The translations under genes and the position numbers were made by a program. Source: Octopus sinensis (Eukaryota). Taken from it: DNA of 64,000 bases. Positions within the stretch are counted from its first letter, which is position 1. Every line of letters begins with the position of its first letter. The notes beneath the pieces were generated by a model. That model was not told the DNA's origin. It did no database searches and saw only the letters and a list, made by a program, of their open reading frames with translations. Below, piece after piece: positions 13,380 to 27,699 of this stretch. The stretch lies in NCBI RefSeq assembly GCF_006345805.1, contig NC_043002.1, positions 27,032,001 to 27,096,000 on the forward strand, given 5' to 3'.

Positions 13380-13632
13380 TCTCTCTCTATATCTCCCCCC
13401 TCTCTGTCTCTCTCAGCCTCTCCCTATCTTTCTATCTCTCTATATCTCTTTCTATCTCTATACATTTCTCTTTTTCTCTCTCTATATATATATTCTATAC
13501 ACACACACAAACATATATATATAGAGAGAGGAGGGGATGCTAGAGAGAGAATTACATATATATAATTCTCTCTATATCTATATATATCTTTCTATATATA
13601 TATATTTCTCTCTATCTCTCTCTCTCTTTCTC

Positions 13633-13681
<49 letters not shown>

Positions 13682-13810
13682 TCACATATGAACTGAGAGA
13701 CAAGCAGACAGAGAAAAAACAGACAGATAGATAGATAAATAGACAGAAAAACAGATAGATGAAGAGAAAAAAGAAAGACACAGAGAAGGAGAGAGAGAAA
13801 GAGAGAGAGA
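13380..13810. repeat. Compound (TC)n/(TA)n/(CA)n/(GA)n microsatellite block
   Basis: Directly visible low-complexity tracts. Confidence 0.9.
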
Positions 13811-14285
13811 AATACAGGACTGTGTATCCGCATATTGCTTACTTAAGTATAGATATTATTATGTATGTATGAAATGTCAAACACGATGTTGCACTAAATT
13901 CCAGATAAAATTTAGGAAAAATATTGTATTGAACTGGAATAATTAAAAACAATTTTTTTCATCTGTATCCGAAACTCAGACTGACACCTTTGACTGTGAT
14001 TTCATTTACACGCATGGACACATACCTTCCGACATTGAACCAGACACACACATGTGCATACAAACACACATGTTGATACAGGTGGATGAACAGATAGATA
14101 GATAGATAGACACAGTGATAGATACTCCTGTGTCACAGAAAAATTTTTTAAATGTAAAAAGTAAGATTAGGGTTATCTGTGGAAAGAAAAGACCATGCTA
14201 ATCTCAGGAAGAGAGGGAATAAACACATGAGAGCAAAGTGCTCTCTCTCTCTCTCCCTCCCTCTCATTCTCTCTCTCTCTTTTCG

Positions 14286-16243
14286 ATTTATAGGATCATG
14301 CTCAAAGTAATTTCGTCACTCGAACGCACCACCTTTGCTATATTCATCCACCTTTTTTTGAAACTTTCACGAGGCAAAACCTGCCTCTCCATTCTCACCT
14401 TCCTTTTCAAGTGGTATTTGAAAAAGTTGAAGCGCGATTGGCCAGAGAGGTAAATGTTTGTCTCTAATCCTTTCGCTCGAGTCCACCACACACATTCTTT
14501 CATCATAGGCACCAGTACGATGAAGACTGCCTTGCTTTCCCGGTTGAAGGAAGGTGGCGGAGCAATTGTCACGTTAGACTCGGCCGACAGACGGATTCGT
14601 CCTACACGTGACAACAGCCGTTCGACATAAGCCCACAGGTTCGAAATGGTTGGACACTGCACAAGTGCGTGCAGAACGGTTTCGTTTCTCTGACCGCATC
14701 TCAGGCAAGTCGGTACGGTGTGTCTTGAACCGTGCCTGTAAAGCTTATCTCGAACGGGTAATGTTTCTCGATAGCACTGCCAGGTCAGAGATCTTTCGTG
14801 ATTGTCCATAGGTCCTGGCCCGAAAGTTGTCCTGAACAGGCGGGTCAGGTGTTCCTCGACGACACCCAGATTCTGCCCGTGAACGTCGTCGTACCGCCCC
14901 TCCGCTAATCCTCTATAGACCGCCACTGTTGTAATGAAGTTGCACATTTTGGTCCCTGACGGCAGTGTTGCTAGAGAGCAACGTGACTCTCGCGGTGCCA
15001 TTCGCCTAGCCTCTGTCTCTGTTTGATCCACGACTGCAGTGCGGCCAAGGAGACGAGCTGCCGGAAAGCGCGCCGCCCAAACGGCGACCACACCTGTTCA
15101 CCGTCGTCTATGAAGCACCGGAGATGTCGCAGTCTCAGCGCATGTCTGCGCATCATCAACCACGGCATGCCTAGCCCTCCATTTAGCGGGTGTTGAGAGC
15201 AAATGGATCACCTAACCATCGGAACGCTTCCCTCCCACAAGAAGGGGGAGAGTGTACGTTCCAGTCTGATGATGGTTGGATCGGGACAAGGCCCGACGGT
15301 CAAACGGTAATCGATGACGGATGCGATGTACGCGTTCGCCACCTACATGCGACCTTTTAGGGATAGCTTCTTCTCAGTCCATTGCTAGGTGAGAGTGGCC
15401 ACCCTAGTTGTTATTTCACCCCAGTTCTCCATTTCGATGTCCGGACCGAACCAGACTCCGAGCACTTTAACCGGTACGTTGGTTCAGCGTCCCACGATGG
15501 AGACGCTGTTGGACGGTATACGCTTGCTTCTCCAGGTGCCGAACCGCAACCCCACTGACTTTTCCTGGTTAATTTTTGCTCCCGTTAACGCTCTGGATTC
15601 TTTTAGTGTCTCGCCTACCAGGTCAAAGTGCTTGTGGTTCGACACTATGACGGTGACGTCGTCCGCGTGTGCAGACCCGCTCCACCCGCATCCCAGCTCT
15701 CGTGGGATGCCCCTCAGCATCGCCAGCTTCCACAGTAGTGGCTCAAGAGTCAATGCATACTGAAGCGACGAGAGTAGGCATCTTTGACGAACCAAAGGCA
15801 TGATGTTAAATGAGCTGGATAGATGACCATTAAAGCGAACTACCGAGCGGATGCCACTGTATAAGGCAGCGATCCAACTGCGGAAGTTGGGACCGAAACC
15901 AGCCTCTATCGAAAGCTTGTGGTTGATCCAAATTGATTAGCCCTCAACCCATGCCATGTTCCTTAACTTCCCTGTCTATGTTGTAGCGCATCAGATGGAT
16001 GTTTCCATGGATACTCCTACCCGGCATGGCACACGTTTGCGACTTGTCGACTAGTTTCTCGATGACAAGCGCCAACGTCTCGGCTAACACCTTGGCCAAC
16101 ATTTTCAAATATGTGTTGAGCAGAGTGATGGGCCTGAAGTTACCTATGACGTTCCCCTTGTTTGGATCATTCTTTAGTAGTACCACCGCACCTCGCTTTA
16201 CAAAGATGAGGATACTGCCGTCTTGCTGCCAGTTTCAGTGGAT
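14286..16243 (-). mobile_element. 5'-truncated Tx1/L1-like LINE, ORF2 pseudogene (RT + C-terminal zinc knuckle)
   Basis: NFRPITLLN, QTCAMPGRSIHGN, LDQPQAFDR, QRCLLSSLQYALTLEPLL, HADDVT and TCLRCGQRNETVLHALVQC motifs; stops, frameshifts and a small deletion near 15905. Confidence 0.9.
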
Positions 16244-16247
16244 AGAT

Positions 16248-16296
16248 AGATAAATAGGTAGATAGATAGATAGACACAATGAGAGATTAACACAGT

Positions 16297-16374
<78 letters not shown>

Positions 16375-16489
16375 CAGACAGACACAATGATAGATAGACA
16401 CAGCGATAAATAGACACAGAAGACAGGCAGAAACAGACAGTGACAGAAGAGAGACAGGTAGGCAGACAGACAGACACACTGACTGACAC

Positions 16490-16525
<36 letters not shown>

Positions 16526-16550
16526 TGAGATAGATAGACAGACAAACAGA
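16248..16550. repeat. (GATA)n/(GACA)n microsatellite
   Basis: Directly visible. Confidence 0.95.
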
Positions 16551-17214
16551 CAAATACTTTTGTTCTTGTGTCAAGTTATATGTAACACAATTTAATATTA
16601 AACTGAAGAATTTGTCAGCGTAGGGTACACCTTTATTATAGGAAAGGTTGAATCTGATTTCAAATTTAAGAGTTTTATCCGTCGAAGTTTGCTGCATGTG
16701 GGAATTTTGGCTCTATATAATCTGCTAATCATTGTTTTGTGGTAGGAGGAGTTATATGAAATGATAATTATGCGTATAATAGATAGGCCGGGGAAGTCGT
16801 AGAAATGTAAAAGGGATAGAAGAGAAAAGGAGGACAATATAAGATGTATATATAGGGTGTGCATATAAGGTCTTCTAGTGAGAAGATACTATGTGGTTTG
16901 ATGTGGGAATATTGTTAGTTTAATTTTCAGGCACACGGATGTATCTGTGTAAATAGGCGAGTCAAATTTAGTTAAAGGTACACTTTATTTAGAATTTTGG
17001 GTCTTGATGTATTTTAGGGTTCACACTGGAATATTAGCAGCCGAAGTATCTGGTCATACAGTATATGTAACATTGGAGTTCTTTTGGGGTGTGTGCTTGA
17101 TTTCTATTCGATTTCTATTGAGAAATTAGAAAGTGGGTACTTGGGAAACACTAGGATTGAACCCGCTCTTTCATAATACATATTATTTCGGTTTTCTAGC
17201 TAGTTTCTACTTCA

Positions 17215-17676
<462 letters not shown>

Positions 17677-20600
17677 ATATGTGCGTGTCTGTGTCTGTGT
17701 GTGTATCGTACAGAATTCCGCACACGTATTTCTATGATGTTACGTATAAATCCAATTGAATGCATGATGATGCATGATCATGATACAGATTTCCCATAGA
17801 TTTATTTCTACAAAGTGATATACTCAGATTAACAATATATGAATATACTAATGCATATGCTTATTATTCAATACATGTCCATATGTACATTTATACTAAT
17901 ATATATATATGTATATATATATATATAAGTATATGTGTGTTTGTGTGTCTGTGTGCATCAATATGAATTTGGTGTGATGGATGTGAATGAATATGCAACT
18001 AGAAGTATGCAGACATACATAATTTCATTCACCCTTGCCTCACTTGTGCAGTCAAATGCATATGTGCAATATTATAAAGTGAAGCATAAGTGTATTTATA
18101 CGTATGTATATGTATATGTACATATGTGCATGTACAGAAAATAATACACAAACATAAATGTATATGTATACATATAAAAATACATACAATTTACACACCT
18201 ACATGCGTAGACGTATTCCTACATGCACATGTATACTTACATGTATACCTACATCTACTACGTATAGATCGTCTGCTGAACATACATACACACGCACATA
18301 TTAGCATGTATACATGAATATAATTTTACCTCGTCTTTGCAAGCGTAAGATTGAATCCAGGAATAGTAGTCGAACTAGTCTACATTCTTAAAATTCAAAT
18401 CTGGGTAAGGATAATTCCACAGAAAAACCAAAAATATCTATAAGACATATATAACAGCTGCGTTTGATAATGTAATAAGAGATTGGCAGATATATTCATG
18501 TGACATTATATCTTTCATGAAATATCTTACTTAAATGTCAACAGAAATATATTCGGTAAAGAACGACTAGTCCTTCATAGATGATTACATTTCTTTCAAA
18601 CTTTTACCGACTCGTTGAGGTTATAATGCGTATTAGACAAATGGGAGTACATATTAATGCAATAATACATTTCAACCGAGAAGACTTTATCATAAGCTCA
18701 TGAGCAACATACGTTAATATGTTCGCGCTAGAAGAGTTGAAACGCCTAATTTTCTTTTCGGAAGGATATATAGAAAAATGCAAATTATTTAGTAGCCAAC
18801 CGATACTGAAGGACATAGGAATGTCAAGAAATACTGGAAGGAGTAGGGGTTTATTCTCGGGGCGGTTGAAGGAGCGATAAGAAGAAAGGTTGTGAGAGCA
18901 AGATGAAAACATGGATGTAATCATGAGGGGAGAGCGTAATGGAGAGCTAAGAACAGTAATGCAAGAAGAAAGCGGAGAACAGAAGAACTTAGAAAAAGTG
19001 CATAGGCTGTAAATTCGGTAAAATGCATATAAGCATAGAGAAGGGAGATCAAAGAGAATTCTTTAAAAGAAGGAAAGAAAATAGAGTAAAAGAGGAAAGA
19101 GGAACGCAGCTAGATGTACCCTGGTATACGAAGTATTAGAATGACCAATGATCTCTTGATCCTTCAAACCTTTCTCCCCAGAGCTTAGAATCCCGATACT
19201 CTTTCCCATGTTCTTGTGGCTTTTGCAGGTATTGACCTACAAACAGCTTAAATATTTACAAAAACAAACCCTCAAATCCTCGAGACTCTGAAAATGACAT
19301 TGGCAATGACCCATCCTCCAGACTATGCACATAAAATGAAAACTAAACAACTGTTAATTGAAGAAATTACCTATTGCGTTAAATAGTGTATTTGAAGAGG
19401 GTAAATTTATAAATATGTTCTATTTAAAATTTCATTATTTATTTATATTTTCAAAATCTCATTGAGAAACAGATGTTTACTGGCAGAAGATTTCGGATGG
19501 GAGGTGTATTCTTATTCGAATTTAAATGCATCAGCCTTGGAGCCAATATAAATTGGAAGTATTTTTTGTTTGTGCAATACATTGTTATATTTTATTTGAA
19601 GCTGCACATTTATTAAGATACAATTGAAATTGACTGTGGTTTGGTTAGTGATGGTTTGATTCAGTTTGGAACGATTGAATGAGGGAACAATCTTTGTAGA
19701 GATAATTTTAGCCAATAAGTAACTTTATTTGGTATTTTCATTAGATATTTTAAAGTGAGTATGCTGCAACAGAAAGTAATTTAAAATCCTTTAGCTTTTA
19801 CTGTACCCGCCGCTAAATTAAGCGAATATGAATTTGCAACTAACAAGTATTTCTCTCTCTATTTCTATGATTTACATTTGTTGAGTTCCCGATGTATTTG
19901 ATTTCTAGAAATGATTTTATTATATGACTCGGGGATAATATGGTTGATGATTGAAAAGTTAGAAAGTACTGAGCAAATATTTTCTAAGTAGGTTCTAGTA
20001 ATATTCTTCGGTTGTTAAATTGCTTATTGATAAAATATTTCGTTCGCACTAAGAGCTAGATTGAAATTAACGTCTAGGAAGATAGCAGCACTAAGATTAT
20101 TCTGCAGCTTGTTAGAAAATGCAGTCATATTTAAGAAAATATTTTTTTCTTTAGTTTCTCAGTTCGATGGGAATAACAATCATAAGAGACTAATGGCCCT
20201 GCTTTCGGCAGAAGACCCCCTCCAATATGAGGAAGCTTAGTATTCAAGTTAGACAATATTCTCTTATATGATTCCTGAGTTGAATAATCATTCACACCCA
20301 TACTAAAATCCAAGAAAATACTGGATTGCCGTTTAGCTCGACACGAGGGAGCTTTGCTAAGTATAGTTGTACGTGGGTAAAATAATATCGACTTCCAAGT
20401 CTGTAAAATTGGTAATATATCTCACATAATTCAGGAAATTAAGAAGTATAGGTTTGTTAGATTATTTGATATGATTTGTGGGTATTTAGTACACTCTCTC
20501 CACAATAGATCGATCGACTGAAAACACCTGTGAATGCATCCACATTTTTTCTTGCGAAAGAATAATATATCATGACATTTTAGTGCAATTTTCTGTTTTA

Positions 20601-21262
20601 AACCAATATCAGTGTTTGTCATGGAAGTCTTAATAAGATTGTTTAGTCTAATGAGAGGTTAGTGATTGAATTCTATGTTCCATGAAAACGTCACAATATA
20701 ACTTGTCATTGGTTTTTGATCTTGTTTAAAGTATTTCCAATAGTTCTTGAAATAATATTTTTTATGATAGAAACGGTTATTTGTTGTTAGTGGTATTATT
20801 TGTACTTGATTTTATGCATATACGGTATGAATGTTCTACAGTGTTTAGTTTTATATGGAGAAAAGGACTATCAATAAAAGAAATTTCAATTGAGCTCGTA
20901 AAAATATCAACAGCAATAAATTTAAATAGGTACCACATCTATGTTTGCAGATATTTTATACCCGTAATTTAGGCTGCAAATAATTTTATTTTTTCTAAAT
21001 TCATAGATAACCGTCCAAAGATAGTTGCACATAGCGATACGTTTCCAATGAACATATCACTAAAAATACTAATGAGTTAATACAAAATCCACATACGTAT
21101 ACTTTCAGAAAATTCGAAATATATTCCGACATAAATATATCGATAAACCTATCGTGATAAATTTATGGACAGAAATATTTATAATATGGAAATGTTTTGA
21201 GAGGTTCAGTCAGTGTGCGTCGAAACACACACACAAACACACACACACACATACACACACAG

Positions 21263-21327
<65 letters not shown>

Positions 21328-21405
21328 GCATGCATGTAATTATGTATTCATGTACGACCTATTCAGTACACACTCACACACACACGTACGCACGCAAGCA
21401 CACAA

Positions 21406-21475
<70 letters not shown>

Positions 21476-22142
21476 CCTTAATTTGTGAATTAAGGCGACC
21501 ATTGGTTTCATATTAAAAACAGTAGGAAAATATCCTAGTATCTTAATAAGTTTTAAAGTAAATTTGCATAAATAAAGCAATGAGTCAATAAATCGAGGAA
21601 CGTTTCTCTTGCGTGGCGTTTTGGCTAGTTTAAGAAAATAGAAGATAAACTCAAATGCAAATTTATACAATTGGATATCGTAGACTTCTACCTTGCTGTC
21701 TCCAAAAGCTTGCTTCAGAAAGCACATAAATTTAGCAAAACATATGTCACTATAACAAATACTGATATACACCTATTATGAATGCAAGAAAGTCATTACT
21801 GTTTCACAACAATTCCTACTGAGAAAAAAAGAAGAAGAATGGAGACGAGTTATTTGACGTGGCAGTGGGGAACTATGACGGTGCAAAGATAGCTGGCCTT
21901 GTAGGCCTTTATATACTTGTCGCTTGTTTTTCCTTGTTTTTGAACACTATGCAAATATTCTTTTAAAAAACTTTTCTTTTAATTTTTCCAAAATTTAATT
22001 GTTTTCCATACTTAGGGTTGAAAAAGTCTCAGTGACTGAAACCGGTACTGAAATGTTTTTTATAAAATTATTTCAGCATTGTCTATCTTGACTTTTATTT
22101 CCATATATATATACATCAACTCGTGTGTTCCTTTTAAACCTT

Positions 22143-22193
<51 letters not shown>

Positions 22194-22226
22194 ATATCGA
22201 AGGGAAATGGAAATTAATAGAAATTT

Positions 22227-22271
<45 letters not shown>

Positions 22272-22278
<7 letters not shown>

Positions 22279-22648
22279 TGAGAATGTGTGTCTGTCTGTC
22301 TGTGTGTTTCTCTAAAACTTGATAACTACGCAACCAATTTCATTCAAATTTAACACATGAGTTACTTAGGGTCCGGGGGGTGTCATGGGCAAAAATGTTT
22401 AACTTTTCGCCTAGGGTGAGCCCACAGTAATATATCTTCTCCACTCTGATTCTCTAAAACTTGAGAACTACAGAACCAGTTTCATTCAAATTTTACACAT
22501 GCCTTACTTAGGGTCCATGTAGTATCATGGGCTAAAAAATGTTTAACTTCTTGCCTAGAGGGAGCCCACAGCAGTATCATATCTTCTCCACTATTTCAGT
22601 ATTACGTGTTAAAAGTGAAACAAAAACATTTCTCTATTGTATGTATAT

Positions 22649-22697
<49 letters not shown>

Positions 22698-23672
22698 ACA
22701 AAGTATAAAGTTATATCTTGAGATCGTTAGTGACAACAACGCTCAAAATATATAACAGACTGGAACAGTAGTGCTCAAATGATCTGTATACACTTTTTAA
22801 TCCGAGGGGAGGCAATGCGAGCAGCAACTACAAAAGCACTACAAAATCCACAGAAAGATCACATACATATATTCATATATTCATTTATATCTACAGAACA
22901 GATATAAAGCCCGACGTTTAGAAATATATAGTAATATATAAATATATAAACATCATATAAAAATATATTGTACGCATAAGATCCTCTCGACGTTCCATAA
23001 GAAATTTAGAAATAAAAATTGCAATACAAGTTAGAGGTAATAATAACAATTGAATTAAATATAGTAAATATAGTAAGTAGTAATTAAATATATCAAAATG
23101 ACAATTAAATTGTTATATAACAATTAAAAGATAAAATAGCAATTAGTATAAAATGTATCAAGGACTTGAACTCGAATATGTGGCTTTGCATGAATGGGAG
23201 AAATTAAAAGATGAATACTCTAATTGAGTGCAGAAGTGAATTAGTCCAGATAGAGATGTGCTCATACCATTTACTATAGCTGCTAGATTGAATTATATGC
23301 TTATAAAGTAGCATTCAGTATCTAGGAGAAGTTTGGGGAGTACGTAACGTCTGGTCTTTCGCATGTAGCAGGTATGTAATTGTGCATTTGTTTCCGTGTA
23401 CTATGTGTTGTGTGTAAAAAACATCCTGACGAGGGGAGTGTCAATTTTAAATATATATGTTTCATATTAATTAATGCATCTCCGAAACCTCCCGTAGATG
23501 AACTTTTATGTACTTTTGTAAATTTGTAAATTTATCTTCTATGTATTTTCTCTGGAATTTTAATTCGTCCTTTTAATATGTCATTGTATGTTTTATTACC
23601 AGAAATTTTTAATTTAACAAATTTATACCAAACTAGCACTATGACACGGCAACGCCGGGTCATAAAGCTAGT
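22272..23672 (+). mobile_element. Non-autonomous Helitron-like element with a nested insert
   Basis: Starts in a TA tract with a CTGTCTGT microrepeat; ~140-bp internal tandem duplication (~22311-22450 / ~22452-22595); 3' GC hairpin CGGCAACGCCG followed by CTAG (23668-23671). Confidence 0.55.
23422..23500 (+). ncRNA. Type-I hammerhead ribozyme motif (probably a PLE pLTR)
   Basis: CATC-CTGACGA-[GGGGA(G)TG...CATCTCC]-GAAAC-CTCCC-GTA-GATG: canonical core, stems I, II and III all pair, GUA cleavage triplet at 23494-23496. Confidence 0.75.
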
Positions 23673-24448
23673 ATATATATAAATTTAGGCTGACTGGAAT
23701 AAAGGAAATTTTAAAAGTAGTAATACAGTGTACAGTATCAGAAAACAGGAAAGCCGAATGACAATGTTATTTTCCTTTCATTTGAACAAGGTAGGCAGAC
23801 AATAGTTCCTTGGTAGCCAATAACTGTTGGAGGGAATTGAAAGAATGTACCATAGTACTCATTCCTGTAATGAAAGAAATTGTTTACACACTTCTATCAA
23901 CTGCAATACTTTGTAAGCTACACATTCTATCGTTTTTATAAAACAATTAAAGCAGAGCATTCTCGGCAGAGTCAAGGAACATAGCCGAATCGAATATGTT
24001 TGGTTATACCTGGTACAAACGTGTGTCGAGTGTCTATGTAAACGGGAGCGGCGTATTTTTCATTGAGTGTTTAAAAAAGGACAATATATTAATGCAATTT
24101 TATGAATAACAACTAAGCATTTATTAGTGTGTCTCAGAGCTAATTACAAATAATATCTTGATGTCCAAGTCAACTTGATATTCACTTTTCTTGTGCATAT
24201 ATGTCTGTGCATCTGTGTATGTTGGTATATATAGACACATACAGATGCATGTATGTATAAATACTCACACGCACACACACACACATGCAAAACACACATA
24301 TTTTTTTACAGTTTGGCACCAAAATAGGTTTATAGTCATTCAACTATCTCTTTCACATTCATAAATTAACAATTAGTTCTTAATTATAAAAAAAATATGA
24401 AATCATTATACTATGATAATTTAGTTAATTTTGTCAAGCTCTCTTTTC

Positions 24449-24731
24449 AAGCCTTTCCCCAGCGTTGGTTTATAAGACGGGACAGCATCGAATGACCACC
24501 ACGTTCACCTGACCTGTCACCAATGGATTTCTTTGTTGTGGGGTGTTGGAAAGAATAAGGTTTATGAGAAGAATCGCGAAACAGTAAATGAATTGAGATT
24601 ACGTTTATGACGCATTCACTGAAATTTATGGAGATCGAAATTTGTGCCGCACTGTGTGTCAGAGTGTTCTGAAGAGGTTTGAAGAATGCTGCAATGTTCA
24701 AGGAGGATATTTTGAGCATCTGAGAGATTAA
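24449..24731 (+). pseudogene. Tc1/mariner-superfamily transposase C-terminal remnant
   Basis: Reads *PPRSPDLSPMDFF-LWG..KNKVY...QGGYFEHL (the WPPRSPDL motif with W mutated to stop). Confidence 0.75.
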
Positions 24732-24852
24732 ACATTCTCTGTTTAAGACGTGCATAAAGAATACGATTGTAAGATAGAAATTTAAATGTAATAAAATGTT
24801 TTAAAAGAAATTTAAAGTGCCGACGTTTTAACAATAAACCTTTTTTTGATCT

Positions 24853-24898
<46 letters not shown>

Positions 24899-25216
24899 AA
24901 TTAAAGATGGAAAATGCACACACTTTACATAGGTTTAATATAATTTATAATATATCTTATATTGTGTTTGTCGACCAGTTTCGCTTTCGCTAATAGTGAC
25001 AGTAAAATTTATTTAAATACGTAATTTTTTTATCTATGTTGTATGTGGAGTTTATGAATGAATGATTCAACAAGTGGACAAATCTAAGGGGAAGTATTTG
25101 TTTTCGTTATCATTGTGGACAGGGGATATAATTGTTCACACATACACACACGTACACACAAACGCATATATATATATATATAATATATATATATATATTA
25201 TATATATATATTTATA

Positions 25217-25276
25217 CCGGGCTCACTAACGCCTTGTGAGAGGATTTGGTTGACGGAAACTGAAAGAAGCCCGTCG
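25217..25276 (+). mobile_element. Family-2 SINE 3' fragment
   Basis: CCTTGTGAGxGGATTTGGTxGACGGAAACTGAAAGAAGCCCGTCG followed by (TA)n. Confidence 0.6.
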
Positions 25277-25639
25277 ATATATATATATGTATGTATTTAT
25301 GTGTATATGTATATATGCATATATCAATGTCATCTCATCTCATATTCTCGTGATGATTATCATTTTAAGAAATAACTTTCATTAATGTTGTTGTTGTTAT
25401 AACTACTACTACTACTAGTACTACTACTACTGTTAACATTATTATTGTTATTATTATTACTATTATTATTATTATATTATTATTATTATTATTATCGTCA
25501 TTATTTATTTCAATACTTTTAAATACATTATGCTTAGTTCAACACCGCACACATGCAATCATACACACACACACACATATACACATATACACATATACTC
25601 TTAAATGTGTACATGTGTATGTATATAACTATGTAGACA

Positions 25640-25698
<59 letters not shown>

Positions 25699-26426
25699 CC
25701 GTATAGCTATACACATGTATGTTTTCCGCATACATTTATGCCTAAATATATATGTATCTATGTATTAATGGTATTTCATCACATATTTTCATGGTGATCA
25801 TTATCATTTTAAGATATCAACCAATAAACTATTAATATGTCTATATGTGGGGATGGGGTATCTGTCTGTCTCCTTGTCTGTACACATGATTTGACAACAT
25901 TAAAAAAATTGAGAAGTCAATAAAATGTGTAATAAATTTTGTCGGTGTTTAAAAGTACACTGCCCCAAAGTGATTTGGAAACCTATCATATACTCATAAC
26001 TACTCACACACCCACATCTATGTATATATATTGTTGACGTCGTAAGAAGTGACAAACTTTCGAGAGAATGTGCAATAATTCGTTTTCGAATTTGCTTCTC
26101 GAAGTACAAAGAAAGCTATATTTGATATGAGTTTAAAAAACTTTTTATTCGAAAAATTCGACTCAAAACATAATAACCTATACACATGACACCGGTTCTA
26201 CCGTTGTTCGAAAACGATCTCTTCAATTCCTCTTCGCATTGAGATGCATTATTTTAACCAGCTAGAAGCGTGAGTTGTTGACCTCATTAGAATTTATAGG
26301 GCACAACGAGGAATATACTCATACATACATACATACATAAATACATACATACATACATACATACATACATACATACATAAATGCATACATGCATACATTA
26401 ATATATACATAAATGCATACATGCAT

Positions 26427-26490
<64 letters not shown>

Positions 26491-26660
26491 GTCTTCCCTT
26501 CTCTGGATATTTCCTTCTACTATGTTTCCGACGAAGAGCTCGCTCGAAACGTTAAACCCTCCTTCTTTCCTTCTTTCCTGAGCGTCCAATAATACTATAT
26601 TTGTTCCACGTCCTCGCGTTGTTGTGTTTTCTTTTTGTGTTTTCTTGTTTGGATTAATTA
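26491..26660 (+). mobile_element. Short PLE-like 3' end, family A
   Basis: Carries a hammerhead-like motif at 26524-26557; homologous to 2706-2822. Confidence 0.6.
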
Positions 26661-26681
26661 ATATATATATATATATAATGT

Positions 26682-26845
26682 ATATCACAAAAAACAAAAG
26701 ACTAAGACAAGTGGTATAGACAGATGCATTAGTATAACGCTCGGGAAGTGAAAAAGTCTTTAATGTTTCGAGCCAACGTTCCTCAATAGAAAGAAACAAG
26801 GAGAAAATAAAGAATGTGTAATGACTAGCGATCTATCATGGTGAA
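26682..26845 (-). mobile_element. Short PLE 3' end, family B
   Basis: Reverse complement aligns with 2433-2635. Confidence 0.65.
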
Positions 26846-26869
26846 GGCCGGACTTATGCATATATCCAT

Positions 26870-26943
<74 letters not shown>

Positions 26944-27699
26944 TTGTGCTTGTGTATATGTATAGTCATGCGCGTGCATGTGTATGCGAATTTTGAATTG
27001 TTTCGAATGTGCGACGAAAGACTTCTCAGTGCATGTTGTAGAATACGCGGTTTATGTAAACTAAAATATTGTTACTAATTTCAACGAAGTACAGACACAT
27101 ACACAGACACGTGTGCTTACACACATACTTATTTACACTTACCTACAGATGTATTTTTTTAACTTTCTACCTACCTACCTACATACATCCTTGCATACAC
27201 CCCATATTTGAATTCTGAGATTATTGAAAATTAAAGCAGAACCCTACTGTTATGATCTCCGTTAAAGAACTACATAATATTTGAATAAATCAACCAAGAC
27301 TCGACACAACAGCGCTGTGAAAGAGTAGACGGAAATCAACATTCTTAGAGTGGCACAAATTCTTTTCGACATCTAGAAAACGGTAACTATAAAATATATT
27401 TTCCTTGGAATTTTAAAACTAAATACTGAAATACTTAATTGCTATAAATATGCAAAACGAAACTTCTGTGAGAGCTATATTAATAGTTTAAAAGCATAGT
27501 GAGGTGATCTGCTAAAATGTTTTGCAGTAATTTGTTACGTCAATAATCGACAGTTGTGGAACATAGGAAGCAAATTAATGAATGTTAACTTATCCAAAGA
27601 TGTGAAGGGAATTTTATTCTAAGCGGTGTAATCAATATTTGCAAACGACGATGGTATTTCTTCATGAATACCAAGTGCTTTCATAGTCAACAACATTCT

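Noticed and set aside
16555-16720. Minus-strand peptide EIRFNLSYNKGVPYADKFFSLI resembling a PLE motif
   Set aside because: Short, weak similarity with no other PLE motif in the surrounding frames.
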